The position numbers and the translations under genes are program-made. From assembly GCA_964537835.1 (NCBI GenBank), contig CAZICS010000002.1, positions 10,356 through 74,355 of the forward strand: a stretch of DNA of 64,000 nt. The letters are read 5' to 3'. Origin of the DNA: an uncultured archaeon. Lineage in GTDB: Archaea > Aenigmatarchaeota > Aenigmatarchaeia > CG10238-14 > SCSR01. Under the pieces are notes generated by a model, which worked only from the letters and a program-made list of their open reading frames with translations, was not told the DNA's origin and searched no databases. Below, in pieces: positions 47,152-55,764 of the stretch (positions are counted from its first letter, which is position 1; each line of letters opens with the position of its first letter).

Positions 47152-48942
47152 ATGGCTTATTTGATTGGAGTTTCGAGCGGAATATTCGGGGCAGTGCCTG
47201 AAGCCGAAAGAATTCAGTATGCAGGATTGGCGAAGAAAGCTGAGTATTGTATAACTAAAGGCGTGCAGTTTGTTCAGATAGATTTGGAATCTGTCTCTGA
47301 GTTTAAGGCACCAAATTTGAAAGAAGATATGGAGAAGATAAGGAAGTTAGGGGTAAGGTATGGGATTCACTCTGAAACTCGGGCTTTTGGAGTTGAGGTT
47401 GCTGAGTTAGATTCTGCTATAGAAACGGATTATAAGTTTGGGCATGAAAGGTTGAGAGAGATTCTGGAAAAATCCGGAGAAATAAAAAGCGAGTATGTTT
47501 TAATCCATTCTTCTGAATCTCACCCATTTTTATTACTCGAAAGGCATCTACAGCCAGCAGCTTTAGTTGATTTCTTCGGAAATCCTTTAAGAGAATTCTT
47601 AGAAGAAAATAAAGATTTACTGGATTGGGCTCTAGGAGGAGGGGTTGAAGATATTTCTGAATGTGTATATGATGTATGGTTAAAAAAGAAGAAAGGGATA
47701 AGCGTAGAGGATATAAAAGGAGCTTTTAAAGCAAGTGGTCTCAATCCCCAAGATTTTATATGGATTGAAGTTATTGGAAGGCCTTTAGCAGAAATTCTAA
47801 GAGGAAGAATCTTAGATAGAGTCGAAACATGGGAGATAGAAACTGGAAAAGATTATGAGAGTTTGGAACCTGACAAGAAAAAAATAGTCAATGAACAAAT
47901 TAAGAGAAGTTTAAATGTTTTGGTCTCTGATATAAGAACAGCTCTCTTAAACTATGTTCAATCAAGAACTCTGCATTATGGTCCTGAGAGAATAGCTTAC
48001 TATTTCATTGCAAAATGGATGGAAAAAACTAGTGATCCTCTCTGGAATAACATAGTAAATGCAACCATAGAATTTTTTGCTAGGAGCGAGAAAAAAAGCG
48101 TAGAAGAATGGCTGAGAGAAAAAGGAATAAAGGAGAAAAGTATAGACGATGAAAATTTTAGGAAGTACAGCTATCTATGGGTTCCTGCAGTTTCCGCTAA
48201 ATACATATGGGGCCATTTGAACCAAGATAAAAATCCAAAGAAAACTTACTATGATTTAAAAAAAATAATAAAGAAGTATAACATGCCTCTAGTTCTAGAA
48301 ACTCCGATGGCTCATAGAGGCATAGAAGAATGGCTCCGCTTACCAAATCCAATTCAAATGTATTATCTGGCTAGACAAGTTAATGAAGAGGCCGGTTTCT
48401 TCTGCCTAGCTGTAGCGATGGATTTTGAGCATATGTTGAGCATAAGATTAGACCCAGAGGTTGTAATAGATTGCTTACCAGAGGAGGCAGGAAAATTTGT
48501 AATCGTTCTTCATGTAGGTTATCCCTCCCCTCTAGCCCCCGCTCACATACCAATTCCTTTGGGTTCGGAGCAGCAATTGTACCTTTACAAGCTAATGTAT
48601 AAGCTGAGAAAGAAAGGTTTTGGGAAGGATGAGAAAGATTACTACATAGTTTTTGAGAGAGGAGGAGGTCCAGACCCTATCAAGCAATCCATAATTGCTT
48701 TAAGGAAAATAGTTGAATTTTTGGAAAAAGATGTACCGCCCGAAAAACTACCGATGGAATTCTATGGTTTTGCTACTGGCGAAATAGCTTCTTTGGAAAG
48801 GCAAAGAGCAATAATATTCGAGCACGCTCTAGACCCTTTGAAAGGTTTAGTTTATGTACCCGAAGAGGAGCATACTTTCCTGGGAAGGGCTGCCACCGAA
48901 AGAGTTGCCCCTGAAAAATGGAAGAAAGAAGAGTTGAGATAA
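47152..48942 (+). CDS. Expanded xylose-isomerase-like (AP-endonuclease-2 / sugar-phosphate isomerase) TIM-barrel protein with a large insertion
   Basis: The strand-end motif series YGIHSE, VLIHSS, LVLETPM, AMDFEHM, VLHVGYP and VFERGGG parallels the HAP / FHPG / ENM / YDVAH / HIHD series of the neighbouring canonical 320-aa enzyme. The ATG lies 1 nt after the upstream stop. Confidence 0.55.
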   Translation: MAYLIGVSSGIFGAVPEAERIQYAGLAKKAEYCITKGVQFVQIDLESVSEFKAPNLKEDMEKIRKLGVRYGIHSETRAFGVEVAELDSAIETDYKFGHERLREILEKSGEIKSEYVLIHSSESHPFLLLERHLQPAALVDFFGNPLREFLEENKDLLDWALGGGVEDISECVYDVWLKKKKGISVEDIKGAFKASGLNPQDFIWIEVIGRPLAEILRGRILDRVETWEIETGKDYESLEPDKKKIVNEQIKRSLNVLVSDIRTALLNYVQSRTLHYGPERIAYYFIAKWMEKTSDPLWNNIVNATIEFFARSEKKSVEEWLREKGIKEKSIDDENFRKYSYLWVPAVSAKYIWGHLNQDKNPKKTYYDLKKIIKKYNMPLVLETPMAHRGIEEWLRLPNPIQMYYLARQVNEEAGFFCLAVAMDFEHMLSIRLDPEVVIDCLPEEAGKFVIVLHVGYPSPLAPAHIPIPLGSEQQLYLYKLMYKLRKKGFGKDEKDYYIVFERGGGPDPIKQSIIALRKIVEFLEKDVPPEKLPMEFYGFATGEIASLERQRAIIFEHALDPLKGLVYVPEEEHTFLGRAATERVAPEKWKKEELR

Positions 48943-49905
48943 CTAAAAGCTGTCTGGAATGCCAAAAATTTCTCTTAATTTTTTCAGGCTAAGCCTGAAC
49001 TCAACTTCTAAAGGAGTGACTTCATAGATCACAAGCTTTTTCCTTCCCGCAACTTTTAAAATCGCTTCGTTCGGAACCTTTCCCTTCCCTATTAGCGGAA
49101 CCAAGTGCAAATCTCCTATTCCTTCTGCATAATCCACTCTACCATAAAGTCCTGGCTTGCAAAGGTTGTCGTGAATGTGGAGCTTTACAACCTGGTCGGC
49201 TATTTCCATAAAATTTTTAACCTGGTCAAACTTATAATAGCTTGCAGCCAGCGCAGCATGAGCTACATCGTAGGTTATTTTCAAAAACTTATTCCCAACA
49301 GCTTTAACCACTTCTTTGGTTTCAGAAGGATGGGTTAATAAATAGCCAACATCTATCCTTGGTTCCATGTTTTCTATGGTAATGGTTAAACCATTCTTTT
49401 CTGCATAGCTTGCAAGTTTTTTTAAGCTTTCTATCAAATATTTTTTTGCTTCATGCAAGTAGTTGGATAAAAATCTCTCCTTCCCCAAACTAAGGCCCTT
49501 GTAAACGTAGCCTGGATGGAAAGTTACAAACTCAGCTTCTAGCAAGTAAGCCAAATCTATGGTCGAAAGCGCATAGTTTAGAGAAGTCTTTCTTTCCTCC
49601 TTACTTAAAGAGCACAGATTTAAATCCGGCATTAGCTTCTCGTTTATATGGGGGGCGTGAATGGTTAGCTTAAAACCTCTTTTATCGGCAACTCTTCTGA
49701 TCTTGAGAGCAACTTGCTTTTTAATTCCTTTTCTGCTGGCTCCAAAAACTTCTGGGAATGCACTTATTCCAAGCTCGACGTACCACTCTTCCCTCCTTTT
49801 CAATCTCTCAAAAATTTCTAAGAACATGTCGAGAATCTTAAACCTCTTACTCAAAGGATAGTTCCAGAGCAAGCGGCGAGAAGCATTAACTCCAACCTTA
49901 ATCAT
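48943..49905 (-). CDS. Sugar phosphate isomerase/epimerase (xylose isomerase-like TIM barrel)
   Basis: LTIHAPH, FVTFHPGY, ITIENME, ITYDVAHAALA, LHIHDN and GDLH motifs. Confidence 0.7.
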   Translation of the reverse strand: MIKVGVNASRRLLWNYPLSKRFKILDMFLEIFERLKRREEWYVELGISAFPEVFGASRKGIKKQVALKIRRVADKRGFKLTIHAPHINEKLMPDLNLCSLSKEERKTSLNYALSTIDLAYLLEAEFVTFHPGYVYKGLSLGKERFLSNYLHEAKKYLIESLKKLASYAEKNGLTITIENMEPRIDVGYLLTHPSETKEVVKAVGNKFLKITYDVAHAALAASYYKFDQVKNFMEIADQVVKLHIHDNLCKPGLYGRVDYAEGIGDLHLVPLIGKGKVPNEAILKVAGRKKLVIYEVTPLEVEFRLSLKKLREIFGIPDSF

Positions 49906-49972
49906 TTAAAAATTTTGGTTTTTTGAAAAATTAAATTTTAAATCTTAAGCTTAACTAAATTTTAAATTAACC

Positions 49973-50506
49973 ATGGAAGACACAAAACCAAAAATAGCCC
50001 TGGCTATTTCTTTCCTAGCTTGTGCATTAGTCTTTTTGACTAAGCAAGTCTTCTTGATAGCTTGCATGCTCGTTTTGATAGAGAAATGTATAATAGGAAG
50101 GCTTAATCCAACTACCATAGGAGGAATAGAATTTACCACCATTTCAACCATTTTAGTTACTCTAAAGTATGGTTTGCTTCCGGGCATTTATTTTTGTATT
50201 TTTCTTCTGATAGCTCCAGGTATAGTCAATGCAATTTTAGGGGACAGATGGGTTTATAATCCGAGCTTCAACCCTTCTTCCATAGGACCGGGAAATCCCA
50301 GGGATTTTATAGCCGTTCTCTTGATCTATTTCCTTTCAGGTTTGGGCCTAAGCTTGGTTTGGATCATGCTGATAGTCCTAGCTTTTAAGAATTTTGCGAA
50401 GTACGAAGGCTTTGGGGAGATGGATTTAATTTCGATACCAGTGAACTTCATCTTTAATCTTATTCTTTTGCAGTTGCTGAACCCCATCTTGCCTTACTTG
50501 CTCTAA
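49973..50506 (+). CDS. Hypothetical polytopic membrane protein
   Basis: Five hydrophobic segments; no motif. Confidence 0.4.
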   Translation: MEDTKPKIALAISFLACALVFLTKQVFLIACMLVLIEKCIIGRLNPTTIGGIEFTTISTILVTLKYGLLPGIYFCIFLLIAPGIVNAILGDRWVYNPSFNPSSIGPGNPRDFIAVLLIYFLSGLGLSLVWIMLIVLAFKNFAKYEGFGEMDLISIPVNFIFNLILLQLLNPILPYLL

Positions 50507-50570
50507 TGTTTTCACTTATGAGTGGTTAAAAATAGAAAAATATTTAAATAGGTTATCCCAAAAGATAAAT

Positions 50571-51419
50571 ATGGCTTTGGAAAAGCTAGAAGAGGAATTG
50601 GAAAAAGCTGAGAAATTGGTCGAAGAGGTTAAGGAAGTAAAAAAACCTTCTAAGGAAGTTTATTCAAAAGTCATAGCTTTTACTAATGAAGCTAGAAAGC
50701 AGTACGGTGAGATAATTAAATCAGTTTTAATCTTTGGTTCTGCGGCCAGAGGGATGATGAAGGAGGGTAGCGATATAGATGTTTGGGTCATTCTGGATGA
50801 TACGGCCACAAAAAGCTCGGAGGATTTGCAAAAGGTTAACACCCAGCTTTACCTAATTGCTCAAGAGCTTAAGGATTTACACATCCAAACAACCACGCTT
50901 ACAGAATTCTGGAATTGGATAAAGCTCGGCTCCCCAGAGCTAATAAATTTTTTGAGGTATGGATTAGCCATCTATGATACAGGTTTTATCAAGCCCGTTC
51001 AAAGAATGCTCCAGATGGGTTTGATACCGCCTAGCGAAGAAGCTGTAAAGCTAAAGGCAAGGGCTAGCGAAGCAAGAATCAAGAAGATCGAGCTTGACTT
51101 AAAATCGATGATTTTTGAGTTGAGGTATGCGGCAACCGATGCTTGCCAAGCTGTAATAATGTATTATTATAAGGCTCAGCCAGACCAAAAGGCTATCCCA
51201 GGCTTTTTGGAAAAGCTCGTGAAGGAGAAAAAATTAGAACCAGAATTTATAGAAAAGTTTAAGGAGTTGGATAAGCTCTGGAAAGATATCGATCATAAAA
51301 TAGTTAAGGAAGTAGATCCAGCTTACTTGGAAAAAGCACTAAAGCTTGCAAAGGAAATAATCGAGAGGATGAAAAAATTATTGCCAAAAGATATTATGGA
51401 AGAGATGGAAGGTGAGTAG
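50571..51419 (+). CDS. Minimal-nucleotidyltransferase (pol-beta fold) domain fused to a HEPN-like helical domain; degenerate W-x4-H paralog
   Basis: NTase motif IFGSAARGMMKEGSDIDVWVILDD. C-terminal helical domain with LWKDIDHK at the position of the Rx4H motif in the paralog. Coiled-coil N-terminal leader. Confidence 0.65.
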   Translation: MALEKLEEELEKAEKLVEEVKEVKKPSKEVYSKVIAFTNEARKQYGEIIKSVLIFGSAARGMMKEGSDIDVWVILDDTATKSSEDLQKVNTQLYLIAQELKDLHIQTTTLTEFWNWIKLGSPELINFLRYGLAIYDTGFIKPVQRMLQMGLIPPSEEAVKLKARASEARIKKIELDLKSMIFELRYAATDACQAVIMYYYKAQPDQKAIPGFLEKLVKEKKLEPEFIEKFKELDKLWKDIDHKIVKEVDPAYLEKALKLAKEIIERMKKLLPKDIMEEMEGE

Positions 51420-51420
51420 G

Positions 51421-51642
51421 ATGGAATACAAGTGTAAAGGGAATTTTATGGACAAGCAGGGAAGATGCTTGTTGCCAGCTAACAGAGTAAAAACTTCTGA
51501 CTTGAGTAGGTTGAAAGAAAGAGACCCTTATGTTTTTTCTTTGGTAAAAGAGCATGCTCATAAGCAAGGAGAAGAGTACATTCCAAAGTGTGAAGAAGTT
51601 TCGCTCTGTCCTTTAAGGGTTGAAGTTAAAAGGAGTGGTTAG
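51421..51642 (+). CDS. Small Cys-containing protein (73 aa) between the two NTase genes
   Basis: MEYKCKGNFMDKQGRCLLPA...PKCEEVSLCPL. The start lies 1 nt after the upstream stop, and its stop abuts the next ATG (TAGATG). Confidence 0.45.
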   Translation: MEYKCKGNFMDKQGRCLLPANRVKTSDLSRLKERDPYVFSLVKEHAHKQGEEYIPKCEEVSLCPLRVEVKRSG

Positions 51643-52773
51643 ATGGCAAAAAAAGAAAAAAAGAAGGAAGAGAAGCTTGAGACAAAGGAGGAAGTTTTGG
51701 AAAAGGTGAAAAAATTTGCGAAGAAGGTTTTAGACAAGTATGGAAAGTATGTTAAGTGCATAGTGATGATGGGTTCTGTCGCAAGAGAAGAGTTTAAGCC
51801 GAAGAGCGACGTAGATGTTTTTGTTGTCATAGACGATGCTAGCTTTAAAATAACTCCAGAATTTCAAGAAAAGCTTGACGAGGATTTGGAGCAAATAGCC
51901 AAGAAAATTTCCGAAAGAATTTCTGTTCAGCCTAGCTATACTCTAACCGAATTCTGGGATTATGCAAGAGTTTGTCATCCAATAATTTATAACTTTATAA
52001 AAGAGGGGGTTGCAATTTATGATACAGGCTTCTTTACACCAATAAAAAAACTTTTAGAGATGGGGAGAATTCCTGCTACAAGGGAAGCTATAGAAAGCTA
52101 CATGGAAGGGGCTCCTAAAAAGCTAATGAGAGCAAAGACTGTTAAGCTCTTAATGCTTGCTGAAGATTGCTATTATGCTATGCTGAATACTGCACAAGCC
52201 GTCCTAATGTTCATGGGTCTAGCTCCTCCTGTTCCGAGTAAAGCCTATCAAGAAGTTAAGAAATATCTGGTCGAGCCGGGTATTTTAGAGCCAGAGTATG
52301 CAGAATGGTTGAGAGAAATAATCGAAATCAGGAAAAAGATTGAGCATAAAGAGCTAATGGATGTGAGCGGAGCTTTTGTCGACGAGTGGATCGATAAAGC
52401 GGAAAAGTTCGTTAACAAGATGTTTAGCTTGCTCAATGCTTTGGAGCTGAGGAAAAGGGAAAAGATTTTAGAAAGGACGCATGAAGTGCTTTATAAGGCA
52501 GCTATCACCGCTTTAAAAACTTTGAAGAAAGAACCTAAGAAAGCGGAAGAGATTCCTTTGGCTTTCAAGCGAGAGTTCATCGATAAAAAGCTTGTAGAAG
52601 GCTATTACTGGGACATTTGGAAGCGAATCGAAGATTTGAAGAAGCTAGCAGACCAAAAGAAAATAGACCAAATTCCCGATAAGGAAGTTTATGAAATGCG
52701 TGAATATGTGAGAAGGCTTATTCGTGAGCTAGCTAGAGTTTTGAAGAAGAAAGAAAGGAAGGGAAAGAAGTAA
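51643..52773 (+). CDS. Minimal-nucleotidyltransferase domain fused to a HEPN-like helical domain (Rx4H retained) plus a C-terminal helical extension
   Basis: NTase motif MMGSVAREEFKPKSDVDVFVVIDD. HEPN-like IEIRKKIEHK (R-x4-H). It is a clear paralog of 50571..51419 (TLTEFW..., AIYDTGF..., IP...EA). Confidence 0.65.
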   Translation: MAKKEKKKEEKLETKEEVLEKVKKFAKKVLDKYGKYVKCIVMMGSVAREEFKPKSDVDVFVVIDDASFKITPEFQEKLDEDLEQIAKKISERISVQPSYTLTEFWDYARVCHPIIYNFIKEGVAIYDTGFFTPIKKLLEMGRIPATREAIESYMEGAPKKLMRAKTVKLLMLAEDCYYAMLNTAQAVLMFMGLAPPVPSKAYQEVKKYLVEPGILEPEYAEWLREIIEIRKKIEHKELMDVSGAFVDEWIDKAEKFVNKMFSLLNALELRKREKILERTHEVLYKAAITALKTLKKEPKKAEEIPLAFKREFIDKKLVEGYYWDIWKRIEDLKKLADQKKIDQIPDKEVYEMREYVRRLIRELARVLKKKERKGKK

Positions 52774-52800
52774 AATTATATCTCCATTCTCATAATTTTT

Positions 52801-53124
52801 CTAATTTCTTTGAATCCTATTTTTTTCCTCTACAAACACGTCTAAAATATACCCATATTTTCTTATTTTTCTAATAGGAGGATTTTCTTTTATAAAACCT
52901 AGAGCATAGCTGATTATTCTATTTTTGTGAAGTGCAACCAGTAATACGCTCTTATCATCTTTTATCCTTTTCTTTGCAAATTTAATCCAAATTGTTTTCC
53001 CATTATTATTTCTTGCGTAATATTTTGGATCTAATTTTCTATGATGGAGATTCAACTTTCTGTGTAATTCTGCTATTTTTTCAACTTCTTGGATTTTAGC
53101 TTCTCTTATTATAAATTCTTCCAT
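52801..53124 (-). pseudogene. N-terminal fragment of a GNAT acetyltransferase (acetyl-CoA-binding motif A missing)
   Basis: IIREAKIQEVEKIAELHR...LLVALHKNRIISYALGF...GYILDVFVEEKNR then stops before the expected Q/RxxGxG/A motif. There is no room downstream, since the next gene ends at 52773. Confidence 0.5.
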
Positions 53125-53166
53125 AATTTTTACTAGGTTAAGAGTGAGATAAAACTATTTCCTCTA

Positions 53167-53736
53167 TTAATGTTTTGTTAATTCTAAAATCAACATTCCA
53201 GTTTTCAAAGCTTTCAATTCCCTTTTGCTCAACTTTCTTCGCTTCGCTTTCTCAGAAATTATCCCAGAATTTCCAAAGGGGTCTTTTATTATCAAGCTAA
53301 ACTTTTCCTTCCCTTCTCTCATCCTTTCAATTTTTTTGATCAGCTGCTTAACTTTTTCTAGTTTTTTCCCTTTTTGAACTCTAAGCTGAAATCTCAAAAC
53401 ATTTTCCACTCTTTCCAAAACTCCTTCCACGTTTGTAATAAATCCTTGGGCATAGCTTCCTGGCTCAATCTTAACTCCAAGCTCGGGAATTATTAGAGTA
53501 GCAGAAGAAGCTCTAATAACCTTTGCTGTTAAATCCTTTTCACTCTCGATTTCAATCTTGTAGCTTAAGGGTTCTTTTATCTCAACATTAAAAACATCGC
53601 TATGCTTAAACTTACAGTTTTCACATTTGGTGCTTAGGATTAAAATTTTTCCAAAATGCGGGATTTCTTGCGTACTCATGGAAAGTACTAAACTTTGTTT
53701 TTTACAGACAGGACAAATTGCTAGTTCCATATTCAA
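53167..53736 (-). CDS. ZPR1-type zinc-finger protein (archaeal ZPR1 homolog, COG1779)
   Basis: CPVCKK...QEIPHFGKILILSTKCENCKF zinc ribbon followed by the ZPR1 beta domain. Confidence 0.7.
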   Translation of the reverse strand: MNMELAICPVCKKQSLVLSMSTQEIPHFGKILILSTKCENCKFKHSDVFNVEIKEPLSYKIEIESEKDLTAKVIRASSATLIIPELGVKIEPGSYAQGFITNVEGVLERVENVLRFQLRVQKGKKLEKVKQLIKKIERMREGKEKFSLIIKDPFGNSGIISEKAKRRKLSKRELKALKTGMLILELTKH

Positions 53737-53766
53737 AATTATGAGAAAATAAATTAAAAGTCTTCT

Positions 53767-54624
53767 TTAAACAAAACTCTTGATCAATCCGAAAGAATGG
53801 TACAAGAAATCTTCGCATTCCATGCCTAGATAAACCAGCGTATAAATTAACTTTGCTTTTCTTTCGTTCCTTATTCCAGAGTCCAACAAAGCTTTCCCTA
53901 AAATTCTTTCCCAATTTTCTCTTTGGGTCAAATAATTCAAAGCATCTCTATAATTCTTCAAATATTTTTCTCTCAAAATCTCGTAGGTTTGCGAAATAGT
54001 ATTGTATTCTTTCTTGACAATCTCAACTTTTCCTTTTCTCAAAGCCTGGATTATACTATCTTTATCATTCCTAGAATTAACTTCGAGCAAAACTTTTCCA
54101 AGAGTTTTTAGAGAATGGGAATCGCTTCCTGCTAGGGCAATCTTATTCTCTTTCTCACAAAAAATTCTCGCTCTTAGGTTTGCTAGAGGATTTGCTTGAG
54201 AGTTAAAAATTTCTATCGCATCGACAAGCTTAGCTCTTTCTTTCATTCCAGCTATGCTAAAGCAATGGGGAGCTACGGTTAAGCCAGCCTGCTCTCTAAC
54301 CCAATCACAAAATTCCTCCAAAGATTTGGATTTTTGAAATTCCTCTATGCCTAAAGCTATTGCATGGTATTGCTCATCCCAAAACCAAAATTTTCTTCCA
54401 GTCTTAAAAGTTACTTCTACTCCAGGAATTATCACAAGCTCATACTTCTTTCCAGCTCTAATCCAAGCATTCAAGCCTTTTAAAGTATTGTGCTCAGTAA
54501 AACCAATCCATTCAAAGCCTAATTTTTTTGCGTATTTAACTATTTGGTTTGGAGAATAGCATGAGTCGAATTTTAAAATATCTCCGCTAGAATAAATGCT
54601 GTGGATATGATAATCTCCTTTCAT
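53767..54624 (-). CDS. PHP-domain metal-dependent phosphoesterase with C-terminal helical extension
   Basis: GDYHIHSIYS, FTEHN, APH and GSDSH motifs. Confidence 0.7.
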   Translation of the reverse strand: MKGDYHIHSIYSSGDILKFDSCYSPNQIVKYAKKLGFEWIGFTEHNTLKGLNAWIRAGKKYELVIIPGVEVTFKTGRKFWFWDEQYHAIALGIEEFQKSKSLEEFCDWVREQAGLTVAPHCFSIAGMKERAKLVDAIEIFNSQANPLANLRARIFCEKENKIALAGSDSHSLKTLGKVLLEVNSRNDKDSIIQALRKGKVEIVKKEYNTISQTYEILREKYLKNYRDALNYLTQRENWERILGKALLDSGIRNERKAKLIYTLVYLGMECEDFLYHSFGLIKSFV

Positions 54625-54662
54625 GCAAAATATTTTTTAAAATTTTCTTTGAAATAATTATT

Positions 54663-54818
54663 ATGAATTTTGGTGAGCTTGCATTAGCTGTTCTAGATTC
54701 TCTAGAAGATTTTGTTAATCAGCGGAAGATGCTAAGAAAAAGCTCGATGATTTTCTCGAAAAATCTGGTTATTCGCTATGGAGCGATTTCAGCAAAGATA
54801 GATACCAATGCCACGTAG
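54663..54818 (+). CDS. Possible small ORF (51 aa) in the largest intergenic gap
   Basis: Hand translation gives MNFGELALAVLDSLEDFVNQRKMLRKSSMIFSKNLVIRYGAISAKIDTNAT*. No RBS or motif support. Confidence 0.15.
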   Translation: MNFGELALAVLDSLEDFVNQRKMLRKSSMIFSKNLVIRYGAISAKIDTNAT

Positions 54819-54923
54819 AACTTTTAAGAGACCGAGAATTGTTTCTGTAGAATTTTTTTGTCATCAATTGTTAAGTCTAGCCGAAGTAAATGATTTAAAT
54901 TTTTAGCTTTAGATAATTGATGC

Positions 54924-55244
54924 ATGGGTAGGAGAGAAAGATTGCTTGTTATTTATGATATTTTAAAAGCCGCTAACGAAAAAGATGTTTTTGGCGAAGG
55001 GAGAGGAGCGACTAGAACGAGGATAATGTATAAAGCTAACTTAAACTCCGAGCAGCTCAAGATCTACCTTCCTTTACTCATCCAGCTAGGACTTTTGGAA
55101 GAAGCAAAAAATGGTAGGAATGTAAGGTATAGGCCGACAGAAGAAGGAATTAGATTTTTGAATTATATGGAGCCTGTTCGAAAATTTTTTATCGAATTCA
55201 TAAAGGCTGAAAGAGCCTATAAGCTTAAAAATAAGAGCTCCTGA
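54924..55244 (+). CDS. Winged-helix DNA-binding protein (COG3432/HTH_45-like)
   Basis: RLLVIYDILKAA...GATRTRIMYKANLNSEQLKIYLPLLIQLGLLEE...RYRPTEEGIRFL. Confidence 0.65.
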   Translation: MGRRERLLVIYDILKAANEKDVFGEGRGATRTRIMYKANLNSEQLKIYLPLLIQLGLLEEAKNGRNVRYRPTEEGIRFLNYMEPVRKFFIEFIKAERAYKLKNKSS

Positions 55245-55252
55245 TTTTAATT

Positions 55253-55747
55253 GTGAGGATTTATACGCTCGGCCACTCAACCCGAAGCTTTGAAGAATTC
55301 CTTTCCATCCTAAAAAAGTTTCGAGTAGAGCTAGTAATCGACGTAAGAAGGTTTCCTTCCAGCAAAAAATTCCCTTGGTTTAATAAAGAAAATCTGGAAA
55401 GAGAATTGGGGAAAGAAAAGATTGAGTACATCCATTTTCCTGAGCTCGGTGGCTATAGAAAAGAAGGTTATGCAAATTTTGCAAAGAGCGAGGAATTCAA
55501 AAAAGCTGTTGAAAAACTTTTGGAAGTTATAGACGAAAAGGTTGCTGCCATCTTTTGCTCAGAAATTCTATGGTGGCGCTGTCATCGAAGGTATATTGCA
55601 AACCATTTGGCAAAGCTTGGCCATCGAGTGATCCATATTTTCGACAAGGATAGGATTCAGGAGCACAGGCTTAAGGATAAGGAAATCCAAGAAAAGATGA
55701 AGTTGGTTGTTTATTGCGATAAGAAGGCTAGAAAGTTAAAGAGTTAA
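55253..55747 (+). CDS. DUF488-family protein
   Basis: IYTLGHSTRSFEEF...VIDVRRFPSSKKFPWFNKE...CSEILWWRCHRRYIANHL. GTG start. Confidence 0.75.
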   Translation: MRIYTLGHSTRSFEEFLSILKKFRVELVIDVRRFPSSKKFPWFNKENLERELGKEKIEYIHFPELGGYRKEGYANFAKSEEFKKAVEKLLEVIDEKVAAIFCSEILWWRCHRRYIANHLAKLGHRVIHIFDKDRIQEHRLKDKEIQEKMKLVVYCDKKARKLKS

Positions 55748-55764
55748 TGTTATATGTGTAACAT
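55747..55764. repeat. Palindrome family copy 2 (ATGTTATATGTGTAACAT; arms extend to TTAATGTTA/TAACATTAA), overlapping the DUF488 stop codon
   Basis: Exact string read at 55747-55764. Its exact reverse complement lies at 55843-55860. Confidence 0.9.

Noticed and set aside
54819-54923. C/D-box sRNA in the 300-nt gap before the wHTH gene (a UGAUGA on the minus strand near 54867).
   Set aside because: There is no matching D box (CUGA) at the expected distance, no C'/D' pair and no terminal stem.
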